Position numbers and translations under genes: made by a program | Shown: in pieces, positions 61,903-64,000 of the stretch | How positions within the stretch are numbered: the stretch's first letter is position 1 | Layout: every line of letters begins with the position of its first letter | The notes under the pieces: generated by a model | Seen by the model: only the letters and a program-made list of their open reading frames with translations | Told to the model about the DNA's origin: nothing | Database searches by the model: none | NCBI GenBank assembly: GCA_053919585.1 | Contig: CM132804.1 | DNA from: Euprymna scolopes | Lineage: Eukaryota | Length of the DNA: 64,000 nucleotides | Strand: one strand, 5' to 3'

Positions 61903-62617
61903 AAACAAGTGAAGCATGCATGATCCCCCGTGATTGCACAGTGAACGAGGCATTAAAAAAATGACTGAGTTTACATTTGCCCCCCCCCCCTTACTTAGCC
62001 TCAAAAGTCCCCATGAGACATCAAATCCTGGTGAAAATGAACAAACGGTTCAGTTTTAGGCTTTAACATATGTAAATTTGAGTTCTGCACAATGCAAAAA
62101 AAGAAATAACTAAGTCCCCCATTTAGCCCCATAAGTCCTCAAGGCCTTAACCCATTTAAATTTGAGTTCAATACCATGCAAAACTACTAAATAGATATAC
62201 ACAGAAAACTGGACAAATATGGTAAAACAGTCCCAAAAATGGAGTGTTTTTATTAGGCCTAAAAGAGCCCGTGGGGCACACCCAAGAGTTATCACGAAGT
62301 ATAGACAAACAAAATTATATAGAAATCAGTTAGTTACAACTTTTCAGAAAGTTTTATAAAAATCCAAGGTGTCAATTTTTCTTAATAAGCACAAAAGTGT
62401 CAATTTTAGCCATTTTAACCTGAAAGGCACCCCTAGAGGGACAACCAAATTTTTCCCGGAAAATCCGTTCTGTTACTTTTTTTACTCATATAATGTTTAA
62501 TGTTTGTGCAAAATTTCAAAAAAATTCCAAGGCGTAGTTATTGAGAAAAATGTGGATAGATGAACGGACAAGGGTGAATTTACAGGTCCATCCTCCTTTT
62601 GTCGGGGGACCAAAAAG
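61903..62617 (+). mobile_element. Helentron-associated (HINE-like) element
   Basis: 5' AACAAG...TCCCCCG; 3' GGTCC...CGGGGGACC hairpin before an A-tract; AAATTTC...GGACAAG 3' block. Confidence 0.45.
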
Positions 62618-63931
62618 TGTTTTATTATTTCTTTAGTTCATTTGCTTAGAATTATCAGTTCTTTCTTTCTTTTGGATCATCTCCAAGTTATCTCTCCTGA
62701 ATTATACTGAGCAATGAGAACATATGCTCTCCTGTTTCCAGAAATCAAGAATATACAATTCCACCACACATGGGCAGTTTAGAAACAGAATTCACCACTT
62801 GGTCTCATTGGGCTTCAAAGTTAGCAAACACAGTCTGCCTGACTCGCCATCGTTGTATGCTTTCACAACTCTGATATTTTTCATGGTTGTAACTCCATAG
62901 ACTCCTTTTTAATTGCAGTTACAGAGATTCCCAAACTCTTGTAATTACATACGTTTGGGAATCTCTGTTATTGTAAATGTAAATAAAGATGCATCTATAC
63001 GCTTTCCATGCATATTTCTATTTTTTTTTTTTATCCTTTTTGATAATATTTGTATTTCCATTGTGTTGGAACATTAATGCATACTTTCACGTAGTAATCA
63101 TGTCTTTGATTTTTCACTCTTTCATGTCTCCCGTTCCATATGTCCGTTTTATATTTTTCTTTGACTATGTGCAAATAAATATAGCTGTACATGTAAATTT
63201 AACCATTTCTTGATTGTTATATTTTTTCATTGTTTTTATTCTGACCCTCATCTGTACTCAAGAAAGCACCACACACAAAATAGTAACTGCATCATGTGAT
63301 TGCTACAAAAACATAAAATATGTGTCTTTTACACGCCTTCTGTAACAGTGTGATGACGACAAGAAAAAAGACTATAAAAAGGAGAAAGAGCATATTGGAG
63401 AAGACGATCATGTTAGAGACGTGGGGCATATTTGAGATCACATTAGAGACATAGGTGACGTCACAGCCATAACGAGAAGTCACACATGGCAGGAGAATGA
63501 AGAAATAAATGTTGCTGTTACAACGGAAAAAAAGCGAGTTGAAGTTCTTTTCTATTCTTTGTCTACTTTGCAACTGAGGTTACAATGTGTTCCGTAACAT
63601 TACACTTCTTCTTGACTGCATATTCCTCAGTCTGGTTAACATCACAACTCCAGTCATTTCTGTCTGAACAACTAATTTAAAAATTCCAAGGATACTGATT
63701 TCCTTTTTTTTCTTTTTTTTTTTTTTTGTTCCATGTTGTTTTCAAGATATGATAATGATTTGATGTCTTTTATCACTTGACTGAGCCATGTCGCCTTTAA
63801 TTGTTCTGTGTTTTTTTTATTGTTAGCATTATTTTCCCCAATATTTTTCTAATCGGAATTCTTTTTAGAAAGACATCAGGAATTTCAGGAGAGGGCCATG
63901 TGAAGATTGTAAACATCCTAAATGATTTTTT

Positions 63932-64000
63932 GTGGAATGAACTAGATTCGAACTTGGGACACTTAGGTTGTCAGTTCATGTCATTAACCATAGACCACTG
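63932..64000 (-). mobile_element. tRNA-derived SINE head, truncated by the window edge
   Basis: Reverse strand has A-box-like TGGTCTATGG and B-box GTTCGAATC; cloverleaf is incomplete. Confidence 0.45.

Noticed and set aside
63560-63670. Candidate exon 7 of the C12orf56 homologue
   Set aside because: The required phase-2 entry hits a stop within six codons, and there is no similarity to the expected sequence.
63932-64000. tRNA gene
   Set aside because: A and B boxes only, stems are broken and the sequence is cut by the window edge; a SINE head is more likely.

Overview
AT-rich, repeat-dominated eukaryotic DNA from an invertebrate metazoan (species not determinable from the sequence). The only host gene I can support is a + strand C12orf56/DUF4551 homologue. 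Six phase-compatible GT-AG exons (23871-60824, 444 codons so far) can be assembled, and the gene continues past the window; an RFX X-box-like site lies about 130 bp upstream of its ATG. The rest is layered transposon debris: a decayed Ty3/Gypsy pol, a fragmented Ty1/Copia, about 20 copies of two CR1 (Zenon-like) LINE subfamilies (one near full length), Penelope-like elements with hammerhead-ribozyme remnants, a mariner, hAT/Merlin/Tc1-type MITEs and Helentron-like elements. The most unusual items are: (i) a pol-less LTR element with a tRNA-Pro PBS whose single ORF is two helix-extension-helix-like repeats fused to a ~230-aa Asp/Asn/Glu-rich tail; (ii) a 47-bp minisatellite amplified from Copia coding sequence; (iii) inverted duplications anchored on (TA)n tracts; and (iv) a 3' stem-loop shared with covariation by both CR1 subfamilies. 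There are no prokaryote-type systems (no CRISPR, rRNA or intact tRNA). Family assignments rest on recalled motifs, not database searches, and boundaries of degenerate repeats are approximate.
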